From Aulosira sp. ZfuVER01 (GTDB taxonomy: Bacteria > Cyanobacteriota > Cyanobacteriia > Cyanobacteriales > Nostocaceae): a DNA stretch of 64,000 bases. Location: the NCBI GenBank assembly GCA_034530615.2, contig JAVRCV020000036.1, forward strand, positions 1-64,000, given 5' to 3'. Made by a program: the position numbers and the translations under genes. The notes below the pieces were generated by a model. It made no database searches and was not told where the DNA came from. It worked only from the letters and a program-made list of their open reading frames with translations. This document shows, piece after piece, positions 51,390-61,359 of the stretch (its first letter is position 1; each line of letters opens with the position of its first letter).

Positions 51390-52817
51390 ATGCGATCGCG
51401 TACAGTGAGAGAAGGTTCTGTCGGGCTGTTAGTCCTTATGGGGCTGGGAGTCTTTGGGCTAATAGTCGTGTGGTTGAATCGAGTTAGTGCTAGTCGCAGT
51501 TCATACAAGGCTATTGTGGAATTTGCTAACGCTGGCGGGATGCAAAAAGGTTCAACAGTCCGCTACCGAGGCGTGAAAGTGGGCAATATTTCTGCCATTC
51601 GACCAATGCCCAATAATATCGAAGTAGAAATTGAAATTTTCCAACCCGATTTAATCATTCCTAAAGATGTGGTGGTAGAAGCCAATCAGAGTGGATTGAT
51701 TAGCGAAAGTATTGTAGACATTACACCAAAAGCTTCTTTCCCTCCTGGGACTGTCGCCGCTAAACCCCTAGATAAAGATTGCGATCCCAACCTGATTATA
51801 TGTAATGGCGCTCGGTTAAAAGGTCAAATTGGTATCAGTCTTGATGAACTTATTCGCAGCACAACTGAGTTAGCTACTGTATACAATGACCCCAAATTCT
51901 ATCGTAATGTTAACAGGCTACTAGAATCCTCCACAGCAGCGGCGACTAGTTTTGCTTCTCTGAGTCGGGATCTTCAAAGTTTAACCAAAAGTGCCAAAGG
52001 TCAACTCAACACATTTTCTTCTACCGCAACTTCCGTACAACAAGCAACAACTCAACTTACTGCAACTTCTACTCGTACAGCTAATGAACTTGGCTCGGCA
52101 GCAAAACAATTTAGTATAACTGCAACTCAAGCAAGTCGGTTGTTAACTAACCTTGATAACCTAGTCACATCAAATCGTTCGACCTTAGTTGGTGCTTTAA
52201 ACAATCTCACCGAAACCAGCAACCAATTACGTACTACATTCACTAGCTTATCGCCTGCTGTCAATCGCTTAACTCAAGGAGAGGTCATCAAAAATTTAGA
52301 AACTCTGTCAGCGAATGCAGCACAAGCATCAGCAAATTTACGCAATGCTACTAACTCTTTAAACGATCCCAAAAATGCAGTGTTACTGCAACAAACCTTA
52401 GATTCCGCAAGACTTACATTTGAAAACACGCAAAAAATTACCTCAGATTTAGATGAATTGACAGGCGATCCTAAATTCCGCAGTAATCTGCGTCAATTGG
52501 TGAATGGCCTGAGTAATTTGGTGTCTTCTACCCAACAAATGGAGCAGCAAGCAAAGGTTGCAGTTACCCTAGATGCCCTCAAAGCATCTATTAATAAACC
52601 AGATGCAGTACTTCCCACCCCAGCCATCAAGCAACAGACGGTAACGATTAATTCCTTACCCACTGCTTTGAAATCCCTGGAGAAAAACCCCCAGACAACT
52701 TTCACTTTATCCACCCCACAACCATCTTCCCAAGAGTTATTGCAGCGACTGCGGCAGTATAGTAAAGAACGAGAGCAGGAGAAGATAGCGGACAAGGAGG
52801 AGAAGGGGGAAAAGTGA
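51390..52817 (+). CDS. mlaD: MlaD/MCE-family protein
   Basis: REGSVGL TM segment, GS.VRYRGVKVG MCE domain and a long helical tail. Confidence 0.88.
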   Translation: MRSRTVREGSVGLLVLMGLGVFGLIVVWLNRVSASRSSYKAIVEFANAGGMQKGSTVRYRGVKVGNISAIRPMPNNIEVEIEIFQPDLIIPKDVVVEANQSGLISESIVDITPKASFPPGTVAAKPLDKDCDPNLIICNGARLKGQIGISLDELIRSTTELATVYNDPKFYRNVNRLLESSTAAATSFASLSRDLQSLTKSAKGQLNTFSSTATSVQQATTQLTATSTRTANELGSAAKQFSITATQASRLLTNLDNLVTSNRSTLVGALNNLTETSNQLRTTFTSLSPAVNRLTQGEVIKNLETLSANAAQASANLRNATNSLNDPKNAVLLQQTLDSARLTFENTQKITSDLDELTGDPKFRSNLRQLVNGLSNLVSSTQQMEQQAKVAVTLDALKASINKPDAVLPTPAIKQQTVTINSLPTALKSLEKNPQTTFTLSTPQPSSQELLQRLRQYSKEREQEKIADKEEKGEK

Positions 52818-52875
52818 CGCGGTGACGCGGAGAATGAGCATTGACTGTTGACTATTGACGATTGACTATTGACCA

Positions 52876-53937
52876 ATGACAACTGACAATTTTTTCTTGC
52901 GTAATGTTTGGTATTACGCTTTGCCAAGCGATCGCTTAAAACCCGGTAAGATGCTTGCTCGGACTTTCTTGGGAGAACCAGTACTGCTGTGTCGTAACCG
53001 AGAGGGTAAAGCATTTGCTTTAAAGGATATTTGTCCTCATCGGGCTGTACCTTTAAGTTGCGGTCAATTTGATGGGCAGGAAGTAGAATGCTGTTACCAC
53101 GGTTGGCGTTTTAACCATGCGGGACGTTGCACCGCGATTCCCTCTCTAGTAGAAGGGCACGATGTAGATTTAAATCGCTACAATGTAGAATCCTACGAGA
53201 TTCGCGAAACCCAAGGTAATATCTGGATATTTATGCCAGAACCGGGTAAATCTAAGTCTCCTGCCTCAGCAATGGAAATTCCAGAAATTCCAGAGATTCC
53301 TGGCTTTGGCGATCGCCCGCCGCAGTTAGTGGAAGTGATGCGGTTTCCCTGCTTTATCGATCATGCAGTCTTAGGCTTGATGGACCCTGCCCATTCACCT
53401 TACGTTCATCGGGTATGGTGGTGGCGTTCTGGACAACTCCATGACGAAATCAAGCAATTTGATTCTTCACCTTACGGGTTTACCATGCGTAAACACCAAT
53501 TACCAGCCAATACAGGTGCAGCTTATAAGTTCATCGGCGGCGGAATTCCCGAAATAGAGATTTCGTTTCGGATACCGGGAGTAAGGGTAGAAAACATCAC
53601 AACTGCCAAGCATCAAGTTGCCAACCTGACAGCAATTACACCAATTTCGGAAACAGAATGCGAAGTTAATTTTGCGTTTTATTGGACAGTACCTTGGGCA
53701 GGATTTGCCAAGCCGTTGATCCGTGTATTAACACGGGCTTTTTTAGGACAAGACCGCACAGTAGTTGAAAAGCAGCAGATTGGCTTGAAATACGATCCAG
53801 TGCTGCGGCTGATTAAAGATTCAGATGTGCAGGCGCAATGGTATTACCAGTTAAAGCGAGAATATGCGCGTTCAATCGCTGAAGGTCGTCCATTTGTCAA
53901 CCCAGTGAAGAGTCAAGTATTGCACTGGCGGGCTTGA
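52876..53937 (+). CDS. Rieske non-heme iron oxygenase alpha subunit
   Basis: CPHR...CCYHGW and the D..H...VH iron ligands. Confidence 0.92.
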   Translation: MTTDNFFLRNVWYYALPSDRLKPGKMLARTFLGEPVLLCRNREGKAFALKDICPHRAVPLSCGQFDGQEVECCYHGWRFNHAGRCTAIPSLVEGHDVDLNRYNVESYEIRETQGNIWIFMPEPGKSKSPASAMEIPEIPEIPGFGDRPPQLVEVMRFPCFIDHAVLGLMDPAHSPYVHRVWWWRSGQLHDEIKQFDSSPYGFTMRKHQLPANTGAAYKFIGGGIPEIEISFRIPGVRVENITTAKHQVANLTAITPISETECEVNFAFYWTVPWAGFAKPLIRVLTRAFLGQDRTVVEKQQIGLKYDPVLRLIKDSDVQAQWYYQLKREYARSIAEGRPFVNPVKSQVLHWRA

Positions 53938-53990
53938 TAGAGGCTTCCCTATTGCAATCTGCTAGCGAATGGTAGGTTTACAATTTGATT

Positions 53991-54170
53991 GCATCGGCTT
54001 GCATTGTTAATGCATTGGCTTGTTATGCCAATGCATCGGTCTGTTATGTTAATACGTTGGTCTGTTATGCCAATACGTCGGCTTGTTATGCTAATACGTC
54101 GGTTTGTTATGCCAATACGTCGGTCTGTTATGCCAATACGTCGGTCTGTTATGTTAATACGGCAGCTTGC
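53991..54170. repeat. 21-bp tandem array (about 8 copies), consensus GTCTGTTATGCCAATACGTCG
   Basis: Contiguous degenerate units with no spacers. Confidence 0.92.
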
Positions 54171-54401
54171 AAAATTAACCTGAGAACTTGAATCGGTAGT
54201 GCATTAGGCGTTTCCCCATAACGCACCTAATATCTCTGGAGACTACACCCTGAGTTACTCAGCCTGGCATTTGTTGAAGAATAGGAGCGATCGCCTAAGA
54301 TTCTCTATAGGGGCAAATTCTATAGCAGTCACAAATCATTTGTGAGAAACTACAAATGTCAAATTACAAATGATAGCATACTAAAATTAGTCTAAATATC
54401 T

Positions 54402-55754
54402 ATGAATATATCTAATTATCAACGTGCTAATACTCTTAAAAAAGCCTTCCAAGTGTGTACTTTAGAACCCTTGGAAGGTGAAGACATTGAAAAATATTAT
54501 GTTGATTTATCAGCAGTACGTAAAACTTCAGCCGTTGAGAGCGTTAGTACAATTTTAGACTTTCAAGAACCAGCAGATTTTAGAACGATTTTATTTACTG
54601 GACATCGGGGTTGTGGCAAAAGCACTGAGCTAAAACGCATTCAAAAGCTTTGGAACGAAAGTTATCATGTAATTTATTTAGAAGTAAATGAAGAAACCGA
54701 TATTAACGATGCCAGTTATACGGATTTATATTTAATCGTTATCAAGCAAGTAGAATTTGAACTAAGAAAATTAGGTTTACAATTTGACGAAAAACTCTTA
54801 CATAACTTTGAAGAATGGTTTAAGGATATTACTAAAGAAACTGAAGAAAGTGTTGAAAAATCGGTCAGCATTGAGGGAGAAGCAACACTGAAACCCGAAG
54901 CACCATTTATTGCTAAATTAATGGTCAAATTGCTGGCACAAATTAAAGGTTCTGATAAACAAAAAACGACGATTCGCCAAACTTTAGAAAAAGACTTGTC
55001 TCGCTTAAAAGCAGATATTAATTTATTGCTAGGTGATGCTTACGTTAAACTCAGGAAAAAATATCCAGATTATAAAGGACTACTAATTATATTTGACAAC
55101 ATGGATAGGGTTCCGCCTGCGGTTGCTAACCATTTATTTTTTGACTATGCGGCTCAGTTGCAAGAATTGAACTGTACCATTATTTATACAGTCCCAATTT
55201 CTATTCTATGTTCACCTAAAAACCCCTTGGCTTTGTTTAATGGTAATCCCCATATAGTGCCAATGGTGAATATATACGAATTAGACAGGGATAGTTGCCA
55301 TTTAAATTGCAATCAAGCTGGACTAGACGCAACAGCAAGCTTAATTGAAAAGCGCGTAGATATTGATGCTGTTTTTGAATCTCGCCAAGAATTGCTAGAA
55401 TTAGCCAAAGCTAGTGGTGGCCATGTTCGCCAATTGATGCAAATGATGCAAATTGCTTGTCAAACTGCTAGTACACACAAGCATCCTAAAATTACGGCTG
55501 AAGATGTCACCTATGCTATCAAGCAGCAGCAATTTAATTTTGAAAGGTTTATACCTGAAGAACATTATCATTATTTAGCCCAAGTATGTATCACCAAAGA
55601 TGTGAGTAAAGATGATATTGGTCAGTTAATGTTATTTAACACTTCAGTTTTAGAATACAACGGCAATAAAAGGTGGAATTACCCCAATCCAGTGGTAAAG
55701 CAAAATGAATTCTTCCAAAAAGCACTTGAATCAGCACTCGCAGGAAAATCATAA
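54402..55754 (+). CDS. P-loop ATPase (AAA+/STAND/KAP-like)
   Basis: Walker A GHRGCGKST, Walker B LIIFDNMD and SGGHVR. Confidence 0.88.
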   Translation: MNISNYQRANTLKKAFQVCTLEPLEGEDIEKYYVDLSAVRKTSAVESVSTILDFQEPADFRTILFTGHRGCGKSTELKRIQKLWNESYHVIYLEVNEETDINDASYTDLYLIVIKQVEFELRKLGLQFDEKLLHNFEEWFKDITKETEESVEKSVSIEGEATLKPEAPFIAKLMVKLLAQIKGSDKQKTTIRQTLEKDLSRLKADINLLLGDAYVKLRKKYPDYKGLLIIFDNMDRVPPAVANHLFFDYAAQLQELNCTIIYTVPISILCSPKNPLALFNGNPHIVPMVNIYELDRDSCHLNCNQAGLDATASLIEKRVDIDAVFESRQELLELAKASGGHVRQLMQMMQIACQTASTHKHPKITAEDVTYAIKQQQFNFERFIPEEHYHYLAQVCITKDVSKDDIGQLMLFNTSVLEYNGNKRWNYPNPVVKQNEFFQKALESALAGKS

Positions 55755-57642
55755 CGCCGAACTTGGGCAGTTTATTACACTGAATCAAGATATATTTGCT
55801 GAATTACTCACTTTTATCGACTTTGCCGAAAAATTTACACTGGGTTTTGTAGAAGTTAATTTTCCCCCAGATGCAGACTTATTAATTGCAGCTTTGCGAA
55901 CTCACCCGGAATGTGAACAGATTCAGTTTTGTGTTCTCAACTTCCCCGAAGAAAACTTGCGTTTTCTTCGGGATGAGATTGTCAAAGAATTAGCGAATAT
56001 TCAAGTAGACGCAAACAAGAAATTAGTTTTAGTTGTGCGGGGACTAGCAAAATCTATTGGCGTATATGGCGAATATCCCCCAATTTTACAAGACTTGAAT
56101 TTTGTACGCGATGCTTATAAAAGAACTGTTCCCCATCCAATATTATTTATTCTTCCAGATTATGCCATTACTCGCCTAGCTAAATTCGCCCCAGATTTTT
56201 GGGCTTGGAGTTCTGGAGTATTTCGGTTTAAAACACCAGAAAATACTAAAGAAAATGCGTTAAGCCAAGCTCAAAATACAGAAAGTATTGTAGATAGATT
56301 ACCACCGCCCGAAAAGCAAGAACGGATAGATTTATTAGAGCGTCTGTTGATGGAATATAAACCCACAGGCTATTCTATGCCAAAGGGAGATATCCGCAGA
56401 TATAGTAATGTTTTACATCAGTTAGGAGTGGCTTATCTCAGTCACAGAAAGCCAGAGAAAGCGAGGGAATATTTATCAGAAGCCGAAAAAATCGCTGAGA
56501 ATTTCAAAGATAGTAGCTTTCAAATTGAAGTTATCAACTCTTTGGGAAATACTTATTCTCAGCAAAGACAATTTGAGACAGCAATTACTTATTATCAACA
56601 AGCATTAAATATTGCCCAAAAGCTCAAAAATAAGCAAGAGGAAGCTACGTCTTTGTTTTATTTGGGTAATGCTTACTTAGAATTGAGACAATTTGCACAA
56701 GCTAATGAATATTACCAGCAGTGTTTAAAGATCGAGCAAGAGCTAGGCGATCGCTATTCTCACGCCTCTACCTACGGACAGTTGGGAATGCTTGCCCAAC
56801 AATTACGGGAATATGAGGAGGCACGGCACAATTACCAAGAGGCTTTAGCTATTTTTAGCGAATATGGCGATCGCTATAACCAAGCCAACATCTACCACAA
56901 CTTGGGAATAGTTGCCCAAGATTTGCAGGAATATGAGGAGGCACTGCGCAATTATCAGCAAGCTTTAGCTATTTGTATCGAATATGGCGATCGCTATAAC
57001 CAAGCCAGCACTTACTATCATTTGGGAATACTCGCCCAACAATTGCAGGAATATGAAGAGGCGCGGCGCAATTATCAACAAGCTTTAGCTATTTGTATCG
57101 AATATGGCGATCGCTATAACCAAGCTCGCATCTACCACGAGTTGGGAAGAGTTACCCAAAAATTGCGGGAATATGAGGAGGCGCGGCGCAATTATCAACA
57201 AGCTTTGGCTATTTGTCTAGAATATGGCGACTATTATAACCCAGCCCGCACATATTACCAGTTGGGAATGCTTGCCCAACAATTGCAGGAATATGAGGAG
57301 GCACGGCGTAATTACCAACAGGCTTTAGCTATAAAAATCGAATATGGCGATCGCTCTTCTCAAGCCAGCATCTACCACAACTTGGGAAGAGTTGCCCAAA
57401 AATTGCAGGAATATGAGGAAGCACGGTGCAATTATCAACAAGCTTTGACTATTTTGATCGAAGATGGCAGTCGCTATTCCCAAGCCAGCACTTACGGGCA
57501 ATTAGGATTGCTTGCAGAAGCGGAGAAAAACTTCCCAGAGGCGAGGGCGAATTTGCAGACAGCGTTGGCGATATATGTTGAGTATAAAGATGAATATTGG
57601 GCGGCGGTGGCGCGGGGAATTTTAGAGAGATTACCAGAGTGA
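55705..57642 (+). CDS. TPR protein with APDFWAW N-terminal domain and seven 40-aa tandem repeats
   Basis: LNFVRD..APDFWAW N-terminal domain, TPR consensus and 120-bp DNA repeats at about 56745-57580. Confidence 0.9.
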   Translation: MNSSKKHLNQHSQENHNAELGQFITLNQDIFAELLTFIDFAEKFTLGFVEVNFPPDADLLIAALRTHPECEQIQFCVLNFPEENLRFLRDEIVKELANIQVDANKKLVLVVRGLAKSIGVYGEYPPILQDLNFVRDAYKRTVPHPILFILPDYAITRLAKFAPDFWAWSSGVFRFKTPENTKENALSQAQNTESIVDRLPPPEKQERIDLLERLLMEYKPTGYSMPKGDIRRYSNVLHQLGVAYLSHRKPEKAREYLSEAEKIAENFKDSSFQIEVINSLGNTYSQQRQFETAITYYQQALNIAQKLKNKQEEATSLFYLGNAYLELRQFAQANEYYQQCLKIEQELGDRYSHASTYGQLGMLAQQLREYEEARHNYQEALAIFSEYGDRYNQANIYHNLGIVAQDLQEYEEALRNYQQALAICIEYGDRYNQASTYYHLGILAQQLQEYEEARRNYQQALAICIEYGDRYNQARIYHELGRVTQKLREYEEARRNYQQALAICLEYGDYYNPARTYYQLGMLAQQLQEYEEARRNYQQALAIKIEYGDRSSQASIYHNLGRVAQKLQEYEEARCNYQQALTILIEDGSRYSQASTYGQLGLLAEAEKNFPEARANLQTALAIYVEYKDEYWAAVARGILERLPE

Positions 57643-57684
57643 TGGGGAAATAGTGAAGGGCGATTATAATTTGTACTCTATCTA

Positions 57685-57978
57685 CTATTCTTCTGATCTG
57701 GAAGTGATTTGTTGTGAACCGTGGATAACAGCCAGAACTTCTATTTGCTCAGGTTTGATGTAGTAAATAATTCTATATGAACCTTCAATAACTTCACGAA
57801 TTTGCTCTGTTTGAAATTCTGGCACAATTCGACCTGATAAAGGAAAATTAGCAATCTGTTCTGAACGCCTCGTTAGTCGATCAACTACTCTAGCCGCATA
57901 TTGCGGTGAATTTTGGGCAATGTATGTATAAATTGCTGAAAGATTCTCTACGGCTGTTTCTGTCCAATAAACTTTCAC
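57685..57978 (-). CDS. RelE/ParE-family toxin
   Basis: VYWT..A..L..I..YI, P.SGR.VPE, YRIIY and VIHG. Confidence 0.9.
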   Translation of the reverse strand: MKVYWTETAVENLSAIYTYIAQNSPQYAARVVDRLTRRSEQIANFPLSGRIVPEFQTEQIREVIEGSYRIIYYIKPEQIEVLAVIHGSQQITSRSEE

Positions 57979-58175
57979 TCAGGTAGACCAAATTTTGCTC
58001 TAACTTCTTGCACAGAAGTCAGTCTACCAGCCTGACTGTCAGCCAGTCCAGCTTCTACAACTTGCCTGACGTAAATCTCGTACATCAAATCATCCCATGT
58101 AAAATTGTCTGGCAATCTCTCAATCAATTTTTTGGCTTCTTCTTTGATGTTTAGCTTTTCCATAGATTTTCTCAA
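57975..58175 (-). CDS. Putative antitoxin
   Basis: LP....WDDLMYEIYVRQ..EAGL.D..AGR; ATGA-coupled to the toxin. Confidence 0.82.
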   Translation of the reverse strand: MRKSMEKLNIKEEAKKLIERLPDNFTWDDLMYEIYVRQVVEAGLADSQAGRLTSVQEVRAKFGLPE

Positions 58176-58250
58176 AACTGGCTCTATTACTTGATTGTAA
58201 GCTGAAATTAAATGTCTTAACTCTTCTGGCTAGAGTTTAAGCGCAACTAA

Positions 58251-58874
58251 TCAGCGACTCATTACAAAAATCTGTTCAGCCGTTAAAGGAATGTTCGGAA
58301 ACAATTTAGAATCAATTCGATCCTCTCCTCGAAACACCTTTGGGGGTAAATACTCTGCATCTTCAAGTTGGTAGATTGTAATTGTCGGCTGCTTGGGTGA
58401 GCCAATGAAGCGAATGCCACCAAAAGCAGCATAGTCCACAATGATGTACTCTAAAACCCCCAAGTCCTCATATTCAGCCAGTTTTGTTAGGTAGTCGTCC
58501 TTCCAATTGTTACTAACGACTTCAATAATTCCGGGTGGTGGAATATATGCAGCAGCAGAACTAGAAATAGTTTTCATCCGCTGCCATTCTTCCCTAGCAA
58601 ATATGACAATATTGGCTTTGCGGCTTTTTTCCTTTTCTCCTGGCGCTATCTTAAGCCGCACCTGCTTGGACTGTCGCGACACGTAAGGTAGGTCATTTTC
58701 TTGGCAGTGATTTTCAAGGTAGGCACACAGCCTCTGGATCAAATCCTCATGATTTGCATTTGGTTCTAATAATGGCACAGGAATTCCATCCAATAGCTCA
58801 AACTCTCTGCCTGAACCATCATCCCAGGCAAGAAACTCTTCAAAAGTCAGTGGTTGTGTGACGGTTGCGTACAT
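58251..58874 (-). CDS. Uma2-family (PD-D/ExK) endonuclease
   Basis: From ATG 58874: TFEEFL, ELLDG, IEVVS...D..K..EY...G..EY.IVD. Confidence 0.88.
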   Translation of the reverse strand: MYATVTQPLTFEEFLAWDDGSGREFELLDGIPVPLLEPNANHEDLIQRLCAYLENHCQENDLPYVSRQSKQVRLKIAPGEKEKSRKANIVIFAREEWQRMKTISSSAAAYIPPPGIIEVVSNNWKDDYLTKLAEYEDLGVLEYIIVDYAAFGGIRFIGSPKQPTITIYQLEDAEYLPPKVFRGEDRIDSKLFPNIPLTAEQIFVMSR

Positions 58875-59101
58875 CGCCCTCGCTCCATTGCTGACGGGTA
58901 CTTCACTCAATGCTATCAAGATGTACTGACAATGGGCATTGGGCATGGGGTATTGGGCATTGGCTTCGACTTCGCTCAGCCACCAGGGCATGGATTTTCA
59001 TGCTTGGTTGTGGGATTTTCTCGTGATTGACTGACTTAAAAGACACTTTTTGTTGATATATTCCCAGCAGTTGATACAAAATAGCTGGGTGTTCTCAATT
59101 T

Positions 59102-60295
59102 ATGAACAACGCAGGTAAAACGCCTGTCTCATTAGGGCTGTTGGGTGCAGCTGCTTTTATGGTAATTGCTGATGTGCGGGTAATTGACCCACTTTTGCAC
59201 ATCATCGCTGACGAGTTTAAAGTTGGTGTCGGTAGTGCGGCGATTATTGTCAGCGCTTACACAATTCCTTATGGGCTATTTCAATTAGTCTACGGCCCCT
59301 TGGGCGATCGCATTGGCAAACTCAAGGTAATTACAGCCGCACTAGCAGCCTTTGCTGTAGGTACTGCGGCTTGTGCTTTTGTGCCAAATATCATTCTCCT
59401 AACTTTACTGCGATTTCTCACAGGCATGGTAGCGGCGGGAATTATCCCCGTTACCCTTGCTTATATTGGTGACAATTTCCCCTACGAACAACGCCAAGCT
59501 GCTATTGGCAAATATCTGAGTGCGCTGGTATTGGGGCAAATTCTCGGTGGTAGTTTGGGCGGTATTTTTGGAGAATATGTTAGCTGGCGAGATATCTTTT
59601 TAGTATTTGGGGTTGTGTCCATGATTATCGCGATCGCATTGTGGCGGAAGATGGGCAAACTGAGCAATACGCATCATTCACAAATTCCCTTTGGTTGGGC
59701 AACATTTCGGCCTTATTTCCAACTTATAACGCAACCAGTCGCTCGGACTGTAATTATCGGCGTATTTATTGAAGGCTTTTGTTTGTTTGGGGGATTTGCT
59801 TATGTGGGTGCATTCCTCAGAGACAGATATAACTTGCCCTATGTAGCAATCGGCTTTATGCTGAGTGGTTTTGGCTTAGGTGGATTGATTTACAGCCGTT
59901 CTGTCAAGTGGTTAGTAAGGAGATTAGGAGAACGCGGCTTGATGGGGGTTGGTGGGGTATTTATGTGTATTTCTTTTTTAGCGATCGCATTATTGCAGAA
60001 TTGGGTGCTGTTTATTCCCTTCAATATTCTCATGGGATTAGGCTTTTACATGATGCACAGCACACTCCAGACGCAAGCGACAGAACTTGCGCCAGAAGCG
60101 CGAGGTACAGCGGTGTCGCTATTTGCATTTAACTTATTTATCGGCCAGGGAATTGGTGCGGCGGCATTTGGCAGAATTGTGGATAATTACGGCTATCTTC
60201 CTTGTTTTATTATCACGGGAATTGCGATCGCCTTGCTTTCCTTGTGGTTAGTAAAAGAAGGCAGGAGGCAGATGTCAGATGGCAGAAGGGAATAA
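59102..60295 (+). CDS. MFS transporter
   Basis: About 12 TM segments, GPLGDRIGK motif A and P.ARGTA. Confidence 0.93.
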   Translation: MNNAGKTPVSLGLLGAAAFMVIADVRVIDPLLHIIADEFKVGVGSAAIIVSAYTIPYGLFQLVYGPLGDRIGKLKVITAALAAFAVGTAACAFVPNIILLTLLRFLTGMVAAGIIPVTLAYIGDNFPYEQRQAAIGKYLSALVLGQILGGSLGGIFGEYVSWRDIFLVFGVVSMIIAIALWRKMGKLSNTHHSQIPFGWATFRPYFQLITQPVARTVIIGVFIEGFCLFGGFAYVGAFLRDRYNLPYVAIGFMLSGFGLGGLIYSRSVKWLVRRLGERGLMGVGGVFMCISFLAIALLQNWVLFIPFNILMGLGFYMMHSTLQTQATELAPEARGTAVSLFAFNLFIGQGIGAAAFGRIVDNYGYLPCFIITGIAIALLSLWLVKEGRRQMSDGRRE

Positions 60296-60498
60296 GCTTT
60301 CTTACATAACTTTTTTAACCTTCGTGTCAAGCAGAAGCAGCGTATTGAATTCTAATAAACTGTAATTTGTCATTTGCCATTGGTCATTTGTCATTTGTTC
60401 TTCTTCCCCTCATCTCCTCGTTGTCCTCCTTGTCCTCCTTGTCCCCCCACACTCCCCACACTCCCCACCCTCCCTTGTCGTTCTGCCTTCTACTTACC

Positions 60499-61317
60499 AT
60501 GCCCAGAGTTCACGTTAATGGAATCGATTTATTCTATGACATTAAAGGAACAGGTGAGCCTTTATTATTAATTGCAGGCTTCTTGTGCGATCATACCTAC
60601 TGGTCATTACTGATGCCTTCACTTGTGAAGCAGTATCAAGTCATTCGCTTAGATAACCGCGGCTTTGGGCGAACATCTGCCCCCGATAGTCCCTACAGTA
60701 TTCAGCAGATGGCGACTGATACAGCAGAACTGCTTGAGCGCATTGACATCAAAAAGGTACATTTAGCAGGGCATTCAATGGGTGGGCTAATTGCTCAAGA
60801 ACTAGCATTAGCACACCCAGAAAAAGTACAAAGTCTAATACTACTCTCATCCTTGGCAAAGGGTGATGCTCTATTCAATAGTATTATTGCCACTTGGGGT
60901 GAACTCCCCGCCAATATCGACCAGAAACTTTACCAACAAGTTATATTGCCCTGGATATTTAGCGATAACTTCTACTCAATTCCGGGGATGATTGACATGA
61001 TAGTGAAGATGGCGGTTAATTACCCATTTCCGCCAACCCCTTATGGATTGTTTCATCAAAGCCGCGCTATCCTTGGTTGCGATACTAGCAAACGCCTCAA
61101 TAATATTCAGTGTCCTACTTTAGTTATGGTAGGTAAACAAGATATTCTCACTCCGGTAAAGTTTTCTGAACAATTAGCCCAAGGTATTCCCAACGCTGAA
61201 CTCGTTGTTCTTGACCGTGGTGGTCATGGCTTCTTGATTGAATCACCGGAGGCTGTCGCTTCAGCAATGCTTAAATTTCTCTCCGGTCTTCCGAAAAATG
61301 GGATGTCTTTGATGTAG
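60499..61317 (+). CDS. Alpha/beta hydrolase (PcaD-like)
   Basis: From ATG 60499: DNRGFG, GHSMGG, G..D and GH. Confidence 0.9.
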   Translation: MPRVHVNGIDLFYDIKGTGEPLLLIAGFLCDHTYWSLLMPSLVKQYQVIRLDNRGFGRTSAPDSPYSIQQMATDTAELLERIDIKKVHLAGHSMGGLIAQELALAHPEKVQSLILLSSLAKGDALFNSIIATWGELPANIDQKLYQQVILPWIFSDNFYSIPGMIDMIVKMAVNYPFPPTPYGLFHQSRAILGCDTSKRLNNIQCPTLVMVGKQDILTPVKFSEQLAQGIPNAELVVLDRGGHGFLIESPEAVASAMLKFLSGLPKNGMSLM

Positions 61318-61359
61318 CAACATAACAGAAGCATACATTAGCATCTCAACTTATTATTT

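Noticed and set aside
56745..57580. Diversity-generating retroelement target
   Set aside because: There is no reverse transcriptase or separate template repeat in the window, and the differences are not confined to adenines.
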